Shown: positions 28,493-38,229, numbered from the stretch's first letter. The stretch is DNA of 64,000 bases from Eubacteriales bacterium (GCA_045543015.1 JAZQLY010000031.1:1565-65564); one strand, 5' to 3'. The notes: generated from the letters alone by a model not told the origin. Program-made: numbers and translations.

Positions 28493-29468
28493 ACGGGCGA
28501 TAAGCACGCAGCCGCTCGTGCGCGGCGTATACCTCCTTGGCCGTCTCAATAAAGGCGGTGCAGGCACGGCTGATGTAGCGGTTATGCTTATAGCCAATAT
28601 ACATGCGGCGGGTGGAATGTGGCCCCTCTAAACGATAATATACACAATTCCGCCCGCGCGCGGCAGTAACGATGGTATCGGTAATGAAGGCGATCCCCAT
28701 CCCGGCACACGCAAGGTTGTAAGAGGTGATCAGCTGATCCAGCAGGATGCGCACGCGCGGCGCAAAGCCGGCTGCATCACACAGGGCAGCGGCACGCCGC
28801 TGCATATCGTTACCTTTTTTTAATATCAGAAACAGCTCGTCCCGGAACAGGGAAAGATCGACCGCGGGGCAATCCGGCTGCAGATGCCGCTCGGCTAAAA
28901 TATCGCCCGTATCCAACGCAAGGTGGGAAAGGCCTTGGTTGATGGGAAGCGAGGCAGGCACGGCAAGCAGCAGCGCCTCGTCCCCCAGCGGCTCGGCCGT
29001 GTAGAGCGCCCGGTCAAAATCATGCGCGATCAGCAGATCGATCGCCTCTGTCAGCAGCAGCTGGCGCAGGTCAGGCGAATTGGATTCTACCAGCTCTACC
29101 TCAATGCCGCTGTATTTTTCAGAGAAGCGCATGATGATATCCGGCAAAATAAAGGAAGAAACAAAGTTTTCCCCGCTGACCACGATGCGCCCGGTGCGCA
29201 GCTCTGACATATCCGCCAGCTTATCCCGCGTTTGCCGCTGGATCTGGCGTATGCTCTCTAACGCCGCGATATAGACCTTGCCCGCCTCGGTCAACGAGAT
29301 AGGGGAGGTAGACCGGTCAAAGATGGTGATGCCAAGCTCCTTTTCCGCCTTTTTGACCGAGGTGGACAGCGCAGGCTGGGAGACGTACAGATTTTTGGCC
29401 GCAGCAGAGAAGCTGCGCTCCTTATATACCTCATAAATATAGTCCTGCTCGATCACGGCGCACCTCAT
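28491..29468 (-). CDS. LysR-family transcriptional regulator
   Basis: N-terminal HTH (FSAAAKNLYVSQPALSTSVKKAEKELG) plus substrate-binding domain; divergent from the TRAP operon. Confidence 0.85.
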   Translation of the reverse strand: MRCAVIEQDYIYEVYKERSFSAAAKNLYVSQPALSTSVKKAEKELGITIFDRSTSPISLTEAGKVYIAALESIRQIQRQTRDKLADMSELRTGRIVVSGENFVSSFILPDIIMRFSEKYSGIEVELVESNSPDLRQLLLTEAIDLLIAHDFDRALYTAEPLGDEALLLAVPASLPINQGLSHLALDTGDILAERHLQPDCPAVDLSLFRDELFLILKKGNDMQRRAAALCDAAGFAPRVRILLDQLITSYNLACAGMGIAFITDTIVTAARGRNCVYYRLEGPHSTRRMYIGYKHNRYISRACTAFIETAKEVYAAHERLRAYRP

Positions 29469-29569
29469 AAATTTTATTTATAACTTTTATATACTTATTT
29501 GTATTTGATTATACCACAGCTTTGTGATATAATCAATAGGTAAATTTATTTTTTTGGAGGATTTTTCGT

Positions 29570-30640
29570 ATGAAAAAGATTCTTTCTCTTGTTTTGGCTG
29601 CCGTTATGCTCGGCACCTGCCTGTTTGCATTCGCCTCTTGCGGCGGTGCAGGCACCACCACCATCAACATCAAGACCGGCGGCACCGGCGGTACCTACTA
29701 CGGCTTTACCAACGCCGCAGCCCCCATGCTCTCTGCCAAGACCGGCTACACCTGCACCACCCTGCCCTCCGGCGGCTCGGTAGACAGCTTGAAGTCTATC
29801 GGCATTGGTGACTGCAACATGGCCATCGTACAAAACGATACCATGGTCAATGCCTACAACGGCCTGACCGCCAACTTTGCAAGCGGTGCCATCAAGAACT
29901 TCTCTGTTCTGGCTCACGTTTATCCCGAGGTCGTGCAGATCGTTTGCGCCGGCAAGAATGCTGATGCGATCAAGACGCTGGCTGACCTGAAGGACTCCGG
30001 TCTGAGCGTTTCCATCGGTGATATGGGCTCGGGCGTTGAGGCGAATGCCATTGCTCTGATGCAGAAGTACGGCCTTACCTTCACCCAGGATGCCGCTACC
30101 GGTGCATGGGCCTCTGAGGACATTGAGATCCGCAACCTTTCCGTTGCCAAGTCTGCAGATGCGATGAAGGACGGCACGCTGGACGTATTCTTCTTCACCT
30201 CCGGCGCTCCCGCAACTGCTATTACCGAGCTGACCACCAACGGCAACCCCCACGGCGCTTACATGCTGAGCCTGGATGATGCCGTTATGGAGAGCTTCAT
30301 CGCCGACAATAAGATCGACGGCAAGTATGACGTATTTGCCAAGCAGACCATCACCCACGCCCAGTATGACTTCATTCCCGAGGGTACCGTGATCAACACC
30401 ATCGGTGTTACCGCTACCTACATCGTATCCAACTCTCTGAGCGAGGAGGTCGTTTACAACCTGACCAAGGCGCTGTGGGAGAGCAAGAGCGACCTGCTGA
30501 CCGCTCACTCCATTTCCTCGAACATGGACGTTGACCGTGCCTTCACGACCGTTGGTAACGTACCGGTGCATCCTGGCGCTGCCAAGTACTACCGTGAGCT
30601 TGGTCAGACCGTTGAGAACGTAGCCGACATCGGCGCGTAA
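29570..30640 (+). CDS. TAXI-family TRAP transporter solute-binding lipoprotein
   Basis: Lipobox FASC; GGTGGTYYGF motif characteristic of TAXI receptors; followed by fused TRAP permease. Confidence 0.8.
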   Translation: MKKILSLVLAAVMLGTCLFAFASCGGAGTTTINIKTGGTGGTYYGFTNAAAPMLSAKTGYTCTTLPSGGSVDSLKSIGIGDCNMAIVQNDTMVNAYNGLTANFASGAIKNFSVLAHVYPEVVQIVCAGKNADAIKTLADLKDSGLSVSIGDMGSGVEANAIALMQKYGLTFTQDAATGAWASEDIEIRNLSVAKSADAMKDGTLDVFFFTSGAPATAITELTTNGNPHGAYMLSLDDAVMESFIADNKIDGKYDVFAKQTITHAQYDFIPEGTVINTIGVTATYIVSNSLSEEVVYNLTKALWESKSDLLTAHSISSNMDVDRAFTTVGNVPVHPGAAKYYRELGQTVENVADIGA

Positions 30641-30653
30641 ACCGCATGCTTTT

Positions 30654-30687
30654 CAATTCGCAACGGCCATGCGGCCGTTGCGAATTG
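30654..30687 (+). other. intercistronic 15-bp perfect stem-loop
   Basis: CAATTCGCAACGGCC-atgc-GGCCGTTGCGAATTG between binding-protein and permease genes; no U-tract. Confidence 0.7.
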
Positions 30688-30708
30688 GCTTTATAAGGAG
30701 TTATTACA

Positions 30709-32835
30709 TTGGATAAAGATATGAGAACACAGGCAGAGCAGGATGCTGCCGCGATCTTAAAGGAGCTGGATGCTGACAGCAAGGAGCGCCCCTTAAGCGG
30801 TTGGCGCAAGCATGCTTATCAGATCATTCTGATGCTGTTTGCCGTATACGCGCTGGTTTCCGTTCTTTTGCTGAAGGGGCAGACGGAGTTTACCAAGCTT
30901 CCCCTGTTTGTCGGCCTTTCCCTTTTTATCGGTTACTTGAAATTCCCTGCATGCAAAAAGCATGCACTGCGCGAAAACTATATTCCGTGGTATGATATCG
31001 TTTTGGCATTTCTGTCGCTTGCCGTTTACCTCTACTACCCGCTGATGCAAAGCAAGATCATCTACATGGGTGGTATGATCGGCACCGAGCAGGTGGTCAT
31101 CGGTATCATCGGCATTCTGCTGCTGGCAGAGGTTTGCCGCCGCTCCACCGGTATCCCGCTGATCGTGGTGGTAAGTGCCTTCGTGGCCTACTCGGTCTAC
31201 GTGCTGTTCACGCGGAACCCCGCCACCTTTATCAACCGCTTGATCTATGACCTGTTCTACAACCTGGATAACGGCGTATTCTCTACCCCCATCTCGGTAT
31301 GCTGCGGGTTCATTGTGATCTTCATCATCTTCGGCTCGTTCCTGGAAAAGACGGGTATTGGCACCTTTTTTGTAGATCTTGCCAACTCGATCGCCGGCTC
31401 CTCGGCCGGCGGCCCCGCCAAGGTTGCCGTTATCTCCTCCGCCATGGAGGGTATGTACTCCGGCTCCTCAGTTGCCAACACGGTCGGCTCCGGCGCTGTT
31501 ACCATTCCTACGATGAAGCGCACCGGCTACAAGCCGGAATTTGCTGCAGCCGTAGAGGCTGCCGCCTCTACCGGCGGCCAGATCATGCCCCCGATCATGG
31601 GTGCTGCCGCCTTCCTGATGAGCCAGATCACGGGTATCGCTTATTCCACCATCGTCATTGCCGCCATCCTGCCTGCCGTGCTCTACTTTGCCGGCATCTT
31701 CATGATGGTACATTTCGAGGCAAAGCGTCTCGGCCTGAAGGGCCTGCCCAAGGATACGCTGCCGAACTTCTTTAAGCTGATGCTGCGCAAGGGCTACCTG
31801 CTGATCCCGATCGTGGTACTCATGATCTGCATGAACCACTATACCCCTGCCATGTCGGCCAGCTACGCCATTCTTTTTGCTATGGCGATCAGCCTGCTGG
31901 ATGAAAGCTTTGTTGAGGATCTTTCCTCCCGCAATCGTGAAAAGATCCTGACCGCGCTGCGCGGCCTGGGCCTGATGATCATTCCGATCGCGGTCTGCCT
32001 GCTTCTTGGCCTTGTTGTGCAGCCGGGCGAGGCTGTTTTCTGCGGCATTGCCGTAGCAGCCGTCTGCTCTGCTTTCTCCAAAAATGCGCCCCTGACCTTA
32101 AAGACGACCTATGAGGGCTTTATGGGCGGCACCAACAGCACCATTGGCGTTGCCGTGGCTTGCGGCATGGCGGGCATCATTGCCGGCTGTGTGGCTACCA
32201 CCGGCCTCGGCTCCCAGCTGATCACGCTGATCGTACCGCTGGCAGGCAGCTCTACCTTCCTTGCCCTGTTCTTGACCATGCTTTGCTGCATCGTGCTGGG
32301 CATGGGCGTGCCGACAACGGCCAACTACGTGATCATGGCCACCATCACCGCCCCCATTCTGATCAAGATGGGCATTCCGATGCTGGCAGCACATATGTTC
32401 GTCTTCTATTTCGGTATTGTGGCGGACATCACGCCCCCTGTGGCGCTGGCTGCCTACGCCGGCTCGGCCATTGCAAAGTCCAATCCGCTAAAGACGGGCG
32501 TTACCGCTACCAAGCTGGCCATTGCCGCCTTTATCGTACCGTATATGCTGGCCATGAACCCGGCCATGCTGATCGTTGATACCCAGCCGCTGGAGGTGAT
32601 CCAGATCGTTATCACCTCGCTGTTCGGCATCTTCGGCATTTCGGCCGGTCTTGAGGGCTACGTTCTTCGCACCGCTGGGTGGATCGAGCGCATCGTCCTG
32701 CTGGCTGCCGGGCTGATGCTGGTCATTCCCGAGCTGATCACCGATATCGTTGGTATCGTGCTGATCGTGGGTGTGATCCTGTATCAGAAGTTTTTTCAAA
32801 AGAAGCATACCGCCTCTCCGACTACAGAGGCATAA
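30709..32835 (+). CDS. TRAP transporter fused permease (TAXI-associated)
   Basis: 708 aa, ~18 TM; TTG start 8 nt after TAAGGAG. Confidence 0.85.
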   Translation: MDKDMRTQAEQDAAAILKELDADSKERPLSGWRKHAYQIILMLFAVYALVSVLLLKGQTEFTKLPLFVGLSLFIGYLKFPACKKHALRENYIPWYDIVLAFLSLAVYLYYPLMQSKIIYMGGMIGTEQVVIGIIGILLLAEVCRRSTGIPLIVVVSAFVAYSVYVLFTRNPATFINRLIYDLFYNLDNGVFSTPISVCCGFIVIFIIFGSFLEKTGIGTFFVDLANSIAGSSAGGPAKVAVISSAMEGMYSGSSVANTVGSGAVTIPTMKRTGYKPEFAAAVEAAASTGGQIMPPIMGAAAFLMSQITGIAYSTIVIAAILPAVLYFAGIFMMVHFEAKRLGLKGLPKDTLPNFFKLMLRKGYLLIPIVVLMICMNHYTPAMSASYAILFAMAISLLDESFVEDLSSRNREKILTALRGLGLMIIPIAVCLLLGLVVQPGEAVFCGIAVAAVCSAFSKNAPLTLKTTYEGFMGGTNSTIGVAVACGMAGIIAGCVATTGLGSQLITLIVPLAGSSTFLALFLTMLCCIVLGMGVPTTANYVIMATITAPILIKMGIPMLAAHMFVFYFGIVADITPPVALAAYAGSAIAKSNPLKTGVTATKLAIAAFIVPYMLAMNPAMLIVDTQPLEVIQIVITSLFGIFGISAGLEGYVLRTAGWIERIVLLAAGLMLVIPELITDIVGIVLIVGVILYQKFFQKKHTASPTTEA

Positions 32836-32847
32836 GCAACCGCTACC

Positions 32848-32889
32848 AAGGCGGGCAAAACGGATTTTACCGTTTTGCCCGCCTTTTTT
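32848..32889 (+). terminator. intrinsic terminator
   Basis: AAGGCGGGCAAAACGG-atttta-CCGTTTTGCCCGCCTT + T6. Confidence 0.9.
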
Positions 32890-32951
32890 GTATAAATTGG
32901 TTATGCGTGGCACACACTATTGACGAAATATCCGGAAAGGAACGAAAGAAC

Positions 32952-34241
32952 ATGAAACGAAAAATCTCCTGTATTCTGATCTTTTGCCTGCTGGCCGGCA
33001 TGCTTGCCGCCATTCCTACGGCGGCCTACGTGCGCATCAGCTACGGTGCTGACCACCTGGCCGAGCAGGCAGAGCTGATCAAAACCGCCCTGCGCGGTGA
33101 CACCTTCCGCTTTTCGGAGGCGGATTTCAAGCAAGCACTTGGGGTGACCAAGATCGATAACGTCACCGTACTGTCTCTCCCCGCCGCCACAGACGGCTGC
33201 CTGAAGCTGAACGGCACGCCGGTCACCGGTGGGCAGATCATTGCCCGCCACGAGATCGAGACGCTGACCTTTACCCCGGCAAGCGACAAAATGGAAAGCA
33301 CCTCCTTTACCTTTTGCGTCAATTCTGCCGCCGGCACCACCGCGCTGACCTGCCGGCTGCGCACGGCCGAGCGCGTGAATTACGCCCCCACGGTGGCCAC
33401 GCAGACCAAGGCCACGCTTTCCGTGCATACGCAAAAGGAAATTGGCGTTTACGGACAGATGAAGGCCGAGGACCCCGAGGGAGACCGGCTGACCTATCTG
33501 ATCACCGCCTACCCGAAGATGGGTACGCTGACCGTGCTGGACAGCACCAGCGGTGAATTCCGCTACGTGCCGCAGGCGGGCATGACCGGTAACGACAGCT
33601 TTTCTTACGTTGCGCGGGATGCCTACGGCAATTATTCCACCATTGCAAAAATGAGCATCACCGTCAGCGCACGAAAGAGCGAGCTGGTGTATGCCGACAT
33701 GCAGGATCACGCCGCGCACAACGCAGCCCTGACCATGGCTGAAAAGAATATCATGCTTGGCTCTCTGGAGGGGGATGCGATGTATTTCCGCCCGGAGGGC
33801 GAGGTCAGCCGCGGTGAATTTTTGGTCATGGCCATGAAGAGCGCGGGCATCAAGCCGGTTTCTGGCATTGAAAAGACCTGGTTTGACGATGATGCCAGCA
33901 TTCCGCAAACGATCAAAAAATACGTTGCTACCGCACAGCTCTACGGCTATATCAACGGCAGCTTTGACGGCAAGGGTCTGTATTTCAACGCGGACAAGAG
34001 CATTTCGCGCGCAGAGGCAGCCGTGATCATGAACAACATGCTCAACGCTGCTACCCCGGCGGTGCTGCCCACGATAGCCGATGCCTCGGAGATCCCCGGC
34101 TGGGCAAAGGAGGCGGTCTATGCCCTCTGCTCTGCCGGCATCCTGACCGTGACCGAGGACGGCACCATGGCCGCCACCACCCCCATCAACCGTGGCGAAG
34201 CAGCCGCCGCCCTGTATGCCATGATGCAGTACGAGGGCTGA
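32952..34241 (+). CDS. secreted cell-wall protein: cadherin/Ig-like domains plus three C-terminal SLH domains
   Basis: Signal peptide MKRKISCILIFCLLAGMLAAIPTAA; EDPEGDRLTYLI...GNDSFSYVARDAYGN cadherin-like segment; three SLH-like repeats ending SRGEFLVMAMK, SRAEAAVIMNNML, NRGEAAAALYAMM. Confidence 0.8.
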   Translation: MKRKISCILIFCLLAGMLAAIPTAAYVRISYGADHLAEQAELIKTALRGDTFRFSEADFKQALGVTKIDNVTVLSLPAATDGCLKLNGTPVTGGQIIARHEIETLTFTPASDKMESTSFTFCVNSAAGTTALTCRLRTAERVNYAPTVATQTKATLSVHTQKEIGVYGQMKAEDPEGDRLTYLITAYPKMGTLTVLDSTSGEFRYVPQAGMTGNDSFSYVARDAYGNYSTIAKMSITVSARKSELVYADMQDHAAHNAALTMAEKNIMLGSLEGDAMYFRPEGEVSRGEFLVMAMKSAGIKPVSGIEKTWFDDDASIPQTIKKYVATAQLYGYINGSFDGKGLYFNADKSISRAEAAVIMNNMLNAATPAVLPTIADASEIPGWAKEAVYALCSAGILTVTEDGTMAATTPINRGEAAAALYAMMQYEG

Positions 34242-34243
34242 CC

Positions 34244-34275
34244 AAAACCGGAGAACGCTTGTTCTCCGGTTTTTC
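34244..34275 (+). terminator. intrinsic terminator
   Basis: AAAACCGGAGAAC-gctt-GTTCTCCGGTTTT. Confidence 0.85.
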
Positions 34276-34340
34276 TTGCTTTTTTTCAAAAAATATGCTA
34301 CAATAATGTATATAGTCCCTCGCCCGAAAGGAACGTCTGC

Positions 34341-34802
34341 ATGAAAGACCGCACACCACCCCGCGATATTTTTGACCGCCTGCTGGCTTTGCCTGTTCTG
34401 CGCGTTTTTGCCCCCTTTTATAACCGCCACCGTGAGGTGCTGCTCTACCTCTTTTTCGGCGTGCTGACCACCGCCATCAGCTGGGGCAGCTTTTATCTGT
34501 TCCATTATCCGCTTGCCATGAACGAGCTGCTGGCCAACGTCCTTTCCTGGGTCGCGGCGGTGTTGTTTGCCTTTCTCTCTAACCGCACCTGGGTATTCTC
34601 CGGCAAGAAGCAAGCCTTTTTGCCCGAGATGGGCAAATTCTTTGCCAGCCGCCTGGCCACGCTTGGCATCGAGGAGCTGATCCTTTTCTGCTTCGTGACC
34701 TGCCTGGCCCTGAACGCCATGGCAGTGAAAATGCTGGGCAACGTTGTGGTACTGGTGCTGAACTACGTTTTGAGCAAATTCTTCGTATTCATCAAACAAT
34801 AA
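34341..34802 (+). CDS. GtrA-family membrane protein
   Basis: 153 aa, 4 TM, LYLFFGVLTTAISWGSF...FLSNRTWVF pattern; promoter TTGCTT-17-TGcTACAAT upstream. Confidence 0.8.
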   Translation: MKDRTPPRDIFDRLLALPVLRVFAPFYNRHREVLLYLFFGVLTTAISWGSFYLFHYPLAMNELLANVLSWVAAVLFAFLSNRTWVFSGKKQAFLPEMGKFFASRLATLGIEELILFCFVTCLALNAMAVKMLGNVVVLVLNYVLSKFFVFIKQ

Positions 34803-34809
34803 AAGAACG

Positions 34810-34843
34810 CGCAGCCGTGGGGGATCACGGCTGCGTATTTTTT
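34810..34843. terminator. bidirectional terminator
   Basis: CGCAGCCGTG-ggggat-CACGGCTGCG + TATTTTTT between convergent genes. Confidence 0.75.
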
Positions 34844-35390
34844 ATTTCGTTTTTCCGGCCAAGCGACGGATCGACGGCAAAAGCAGCGGCACCAGCACGC
34901 AGGAAATGGCCATGCGCACGCCGCTGTTGATGATGCGCGGCAGCGCGATCAGATGCAGGGCCTTGACCGCATACTGCATGATATAGCCATCGAGATACAG
35001 CGCAGCGGTATTCAGGACGGTGAGCAGCAGCTCGGAGAGGATGATCACACCGAGCGTGAGCGGCAGACTGTCACGCCAGCCAACGAGAAAGAATCCAAGC
35101 GCGGCAAAGGCTGCCATCAGCACCACAGGCGCCATCCACAGCGGGGTGGTGACCGACAGGCCGTAGGGGGACATCAGCTGCTCCAAAAAGCTGCCGAGCG
35201 CCGCGATCACCAAGGCATCCTGCATGCCAAACAGGCGGGCGGCAAGCAGGATGGGCAGCCCCACGAGCGAGACCTCGAACCACGGTGTTTTGAAGGCAAG
35301 AACCGTGCTGAAGACCACGTAAAGGGCAACCAGCATGGCATCCAACACCAGGCGGCGGATTTTTTGTTGCGAAGTGTTTTTGTTTTGCAT
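34842..35390 (-). CDS. folT: ECF-transporter S component, folate family (FolT)
   Basis: 182 aa, 6 TM, preceded by a THF riboswitch. Confidence 0.75.
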   Translation of the reverse strand: MQNKNTSQQKIRRLVLDAMLVALYVVFSTVLAFKTPWFEVSLVGLPILLAARLFGMQDALVIAALGSFLEQLMSPYGLSVTTPLWMAPVVLMAAFAALGFFLVGWRDSLPLTLGVIILSELLLTVLNTAALYLDGYIMQYAVKALHLIALPRIINSGVRMAISCVLVPLLLPSIRRLAGKTK

Positions 35391-35399
35391 AAAAAAATA

Positions 35400-35436
35400 C
35401 CTCCCGTATCACAGATTCTCGCTCTGAGACGGGAAG
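35400..35436 (-). promoter_or_regulatory. SD-sequestering hairpin (expression platform of THF riboswitch)
   Basis: CUUCCCGU...ACGGGAGG: 8-bp helix (one G-U) that buries the GGGAGG ribosome-binding site of folT. Confidence 0.5.
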
Positions 35437-35460
35437 CATACAAAAAATGCCCCATAACAG

Positions 35461-35562
35461 ACAGCGGGATGCGACGATCGCACCGCAATGCCGAAACGGC
35501 ATTTTCGTCCTGCAGGCAACTCCCCGTCCGGCAGGCACTTCACGCACGACCATCTACTCTGT
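35461..35562 (-). promoter_or_regulatory. THF (tetrahydrofolate) riboswitch aptamer
   Basis: ACAGAGUAGAUGGUCGUGCGUGAAGUG...ACGAA...GCGGUGCGAUCGUCGCAUCCCGCUGU closely parallels the Eubacterium siraeum THF aptamer (GGAGAGUAGAUGAUUCGCGUUAAGUG...ACGAAGCG...GCGGUGAAUCAUUGCAUCCGCUCC). Confidence 0.85.
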
Positions 35563-35587
35563 TCTACTATAAAAAATAGATGATGTT

Positions 35588-35616
35588 ATTATAGCACGCT
35601 TTTTTTCGGAATGCAA
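35588..35616 (-). promoter_or_regulatory. promoter of THF riboswitch-folT
   Basis: TTGCAT - 17 nt - TGcTATAAT on minus strand. Confidence 0.55.
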
Positions 35617-35624
35617 GAGAAAAA

Positions 35625-35657
35625 AACAAAAAGGGTGATTTTTTTCACCCTTTTTTC
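35625..35657. terminator. terminator after pepP
   Basis: GGGTGA-tttttt-TCACCC flanked by A- and T-runs. Confidence 0.7.
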
Positions 35658-35662
35658 TGTTT

Positions 35663-36730
35663 TTACACGATCAACAGCTTTTTCTCGCTCTTGGTCAGGT
35701 TCTCGGCGCCGTTTTCGGTCAGGTAGACCATATCCTCGATCCGCACGCCAAACTTATTCTCCAAGTAGATGCCCGGCTCTACCGTCATCACGATGCCGGG
35801 GCGCAGGATCTCCTTGCAGCGCATGTTGCAGGCAGGCATCTCATGGATCTCTACCCCCACGCTGTGGCCAAGACCGTGGCCAAAGCAGCCCTCGTAGCCC
35901 GCGCCATAGATCAGATCGCGCGCAACGCGGTCCACCTCGATGCAGGAAACGCCGGGGCGAATGAAGTCCAGCGCAGCCTTTTGGGCGGCATAGACGGTAT
36001 CGTACACGCGCTTTTGCTCGTCGCTGACGGTGCCAACCGCCACGGTACGCGTCATATCCGAATGGTAGCCGTTGACCACGGCACCAAAATCCATGGTCAC
36101 AAAATCACCGCGCTCGATCTTTTTATCGGTAGGTACACCGTGCGGCAGAGACGAGTTCTTGCCCGAAACGACGATAAAATCAAACGAGACGCCCTCGCTG
36201 CCCAAACGGCGCATATAGAACTCCATATCCAGCATGACCTCCCGCTCGGTACGGCCGGGGGTGATGCGATCGAGGATGTAGGTAAAGGTCTCGTCGGTCA
36301 TCTGCTGGGCGGCCTTCATGCTGGCCAGCTCTTCTCTCGTCTTGATGGCGCGGGCATCGACCAGCGCACGGTCGATCTTATCCCCATCGCAAAGCGTGAC
36401 GGCGGGAAGCGCCTCACGCAGGGAGGCAAAGCGGGAAAGCGGCGTGCTATCTGCCTCTACGTACAGGTGCGTGGCCCCATCCTGTGCCAGCAGGCGGCCG
36501 ATCTGCTCCTCGGTGTTTTCCTGCAGGATGACCTCTGCCGTTTTCACCGTGGCACGCGCCTTTTCCACATAGCGGAAATCAATGATAAAATACGCGTTCT
36601 GCGGGGTGACCAGCACGTGGCCGGCGGAGGATTCAAAGCCGGTCAGGTAAAAGCGGTTTGCCCCACTTTCGATCAGGGCGGCCTCGTTGACGGCCAGGGA
36701 GGCACGAATTTGTTCCATTCTTTCTTTCAT
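35663..36730 (-). CDS. Xaa-Pro aminopeptidase/dipeptidase (M24B)
   Basis: Creatinase-like N domain plus pita-bread domain; metal ligands in DFGAVVNGYHSDMTRT, HGLGHSVGVEIHE, EPGIY. Confidence 0.85.
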   Translation of the reverse strand: MKERMEQIRASLAVNEAALIESGANRFYLTGFESSAGHVLVTPQNAYFIIDFRYVEKARATVKTAEVILQENTEEQIGRLLAQDGATHLYVEADSTPLSRFASLREALPAVTLCDGDKIDRALVDARAIKTREELASMKAAQQMTDETFTYILDRITPGRTEREVMLDMEFYMRRLGSEGVSFDFIVVSGKNSSLPHGVPTDKKIERGDFVTMDFGAVVNGYHSDMTRTVAVGTVSDEQKRVYDTVYAAQKAALDFIRPGVSCIEVDRVARDLIYGAGYEGCFGHGLGHSVGVEIHEMPACNMRCKEILRPGIVMTVEPGIYLENKFGVRIEDMVYLTENGAENLTKSEKKLLIV

Positions 36731-36742
36731 AACGATCTCCTT

Positions 36743-38173
36743 TTATAGGGTGGCGAGTATCTCGCACACAAATTCATAGGTACGGCGGACAGAGGAAACG
36801 GAAAGCCGCTCTCTTGTGGTATGGATATCCTGCATGTTCGGGCCAAGCGATACGCATTCCAGCCCCGGAATACGGTCGCTGAACAGGCCGCATTCCAGCC
36901 CGGCGTGAATGGCCTCTACCCGCATCTCTTTCCCGTACAGGCGGCGGTAGACCTCCACCACCGTATCCCGCAGGCGGGATTCCTTTTTGTATTCCCACGC
37001 GGGGTAATCTCCCTCCACGGCAAAGGTGGCGCCGGCTGCCAGGGCGCGGGTGCGCATATCAGCAAGCAGCGCGCGCTTTTCTTCCCCCACCGAGGAACGG
37101 ACGGAATACACGGCGTGCATCTCCTCCTGCCCCGTTGTCAGAATACCAAGATTGAGCGAGGTCTGTACCAGGCCGGGGATATCCGCGCTCATTTTTTGCA
37201 CACCGCAGGGAATATCCAACAGTAGCGAATAGGCCTTGCGCGTCTCTTCCACCGTCAACGCAGGTTGGGTATCCTGCTCTACCTCATAGGTCAGCGCAAG
37301 ATCGGGGTCGGAGGTGGCGTAGCTCGCTTTGACCGTTTCACAGAAGGCCTTGATCGCCCCCTCTGCCGCGGGCAGATCGTCTACGTAGAATTGGCATACC
37401 GCACGGCAGGGGATGGCGTTATCCTTGGTTCCGCCCGCAAGCTTGACCAGGCGTACCTCGCACACCGCGCTGACAGCCGCCAGCAGCATGGCGGCTACGC
37501 GATCTGCATTGGCACGGTTTTTATGGATCTCCGCGCCCGAGTGGCCACCACTCATGCCGTCCAAGGTCACGGTAACGCAGCTGCCGCTTGCCGGGGCGCG
37601 ATGAATGGGCAGATGAATATCTGCCTGCGCGCCCCCCGCGCAGGAAACGGTGAGGATGCCCTCCTCCTCTGAATCAATGTTGATCATATACTTGCCGCGC
37701 AGGCCGGACATATCCATTGCCTCGGCCCCCAGCATGCCGATCTCCTCATCGGTGGTGAAGACCGCCTCGATCGCCGGGTGGGCAAGCTGCTTATCGGCCA
37801 GGATGGCCAGCACCATGGCAACGGCCACGCCGTCATCCCCGCCCAGGGTAGTGCCGTGCGCACCGATGAGATCCCCCTCTACAAAGAGCGAGAGCCCATC
37901 CTTCTCAAAGTCAATATCACATTCCGGCGTTTTCTCGGCTACCATATCTAAATGCCCCTGCAGGATGACGGTGGGGGCATTCTCCTTGCCCGCCGTGGCC
38001 GGCTTGCAAATGACCACGTTGCCTGCTTCATCCGTGCGGTATGCAAGGCCATGCTCCATGGCAAAGCGAACGCAGTATGCCGTCGCCGCCGCAGTATGGC
38101 GGGAGGGGTGCGGCAGGGCGCAAAACTCCTCAAATATAGAAAACACCTCACGGGGTGTACAATTCTCCAGCAT
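36743..38173 (-). CDS. pepD: aminoacyl-histidine dipeptidase PepD (M20C)
   Basis: 476 aa; LQGHLDMV, TTDEEIGMLGA, GGHSGAEIH motifs. Confidence 0.85.
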   Translation of the reverse strand: MLENCTPREVFSIFEEFCALPHPSRHTAAATAYCVRFAMEHGLAYRTDEAGNVVICKPATAGKENAPTVILQGHLDMVAEKTPECDIDFEKDGLSLFVEGDLIGAHGTTLGGDDGVAVAMVLAILADKQLAHPAIEAVFTTDEEIGMLGAEAMDMSGLRGKYMINIDSEEEGILTVSCAGGAQADIHLPIHRAPASGSCVTVTLDGMSGGHSGAEIHKNRANADRVAAMLLAAVSAVCEVRLVKLAGGTKDNAIPCRAVCQFYVDDLPAAEGAIKAFCETVKASYATSDPDLALTYEVEQDTQPALTVEETRKAYSLLLDIPCGVQKMSADIPGLVQTSLNLGILTTGQEEMHAVYSVRSSVGEEKRALLADMRTRALAAGATFAVEGDYPAWEYKKESRLRDTVVEVYRRLYGKEMRVEAIHAGLECGLFSDRIPGLECVSLGPNMQDIHTTRERLSVSSVRRTYEFVCEILATL

Positions 38174-38199
38174 AGAAACGACCTCCTTCTTTCTCCATT

Positions 38200-38228
38200 A
38201 GTATAGCACAAAAAGCCCCGTTGTGCAA
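38200..38228 (-). promoter_or_regulatory. pepD-pepP promoter
   Basis: TTGCAC - 17 nt - TGcTATACT on minus strand. Confidence 0.5.
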
Positions 38229-38229
38229 T

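Noticed and set aside
32901-34799. 632-aa minus-strand ORF. Similar ORFs occur at 43882-45582(-), 46316-47731(-), 42402-43364(-), 29546-30571(-), 16626-17732(-) and 35843-36748(+).
   Set aside because: These are shadow ORFs opposite well-supported genes (the SLH protein and GtrA, the BNR protein, the GH20-like protein, thrS, the TAXI receptor, the 500-aa exported protein, and pepP). This is typical of GC-rich DNA with few stop codons on the antisense strand.
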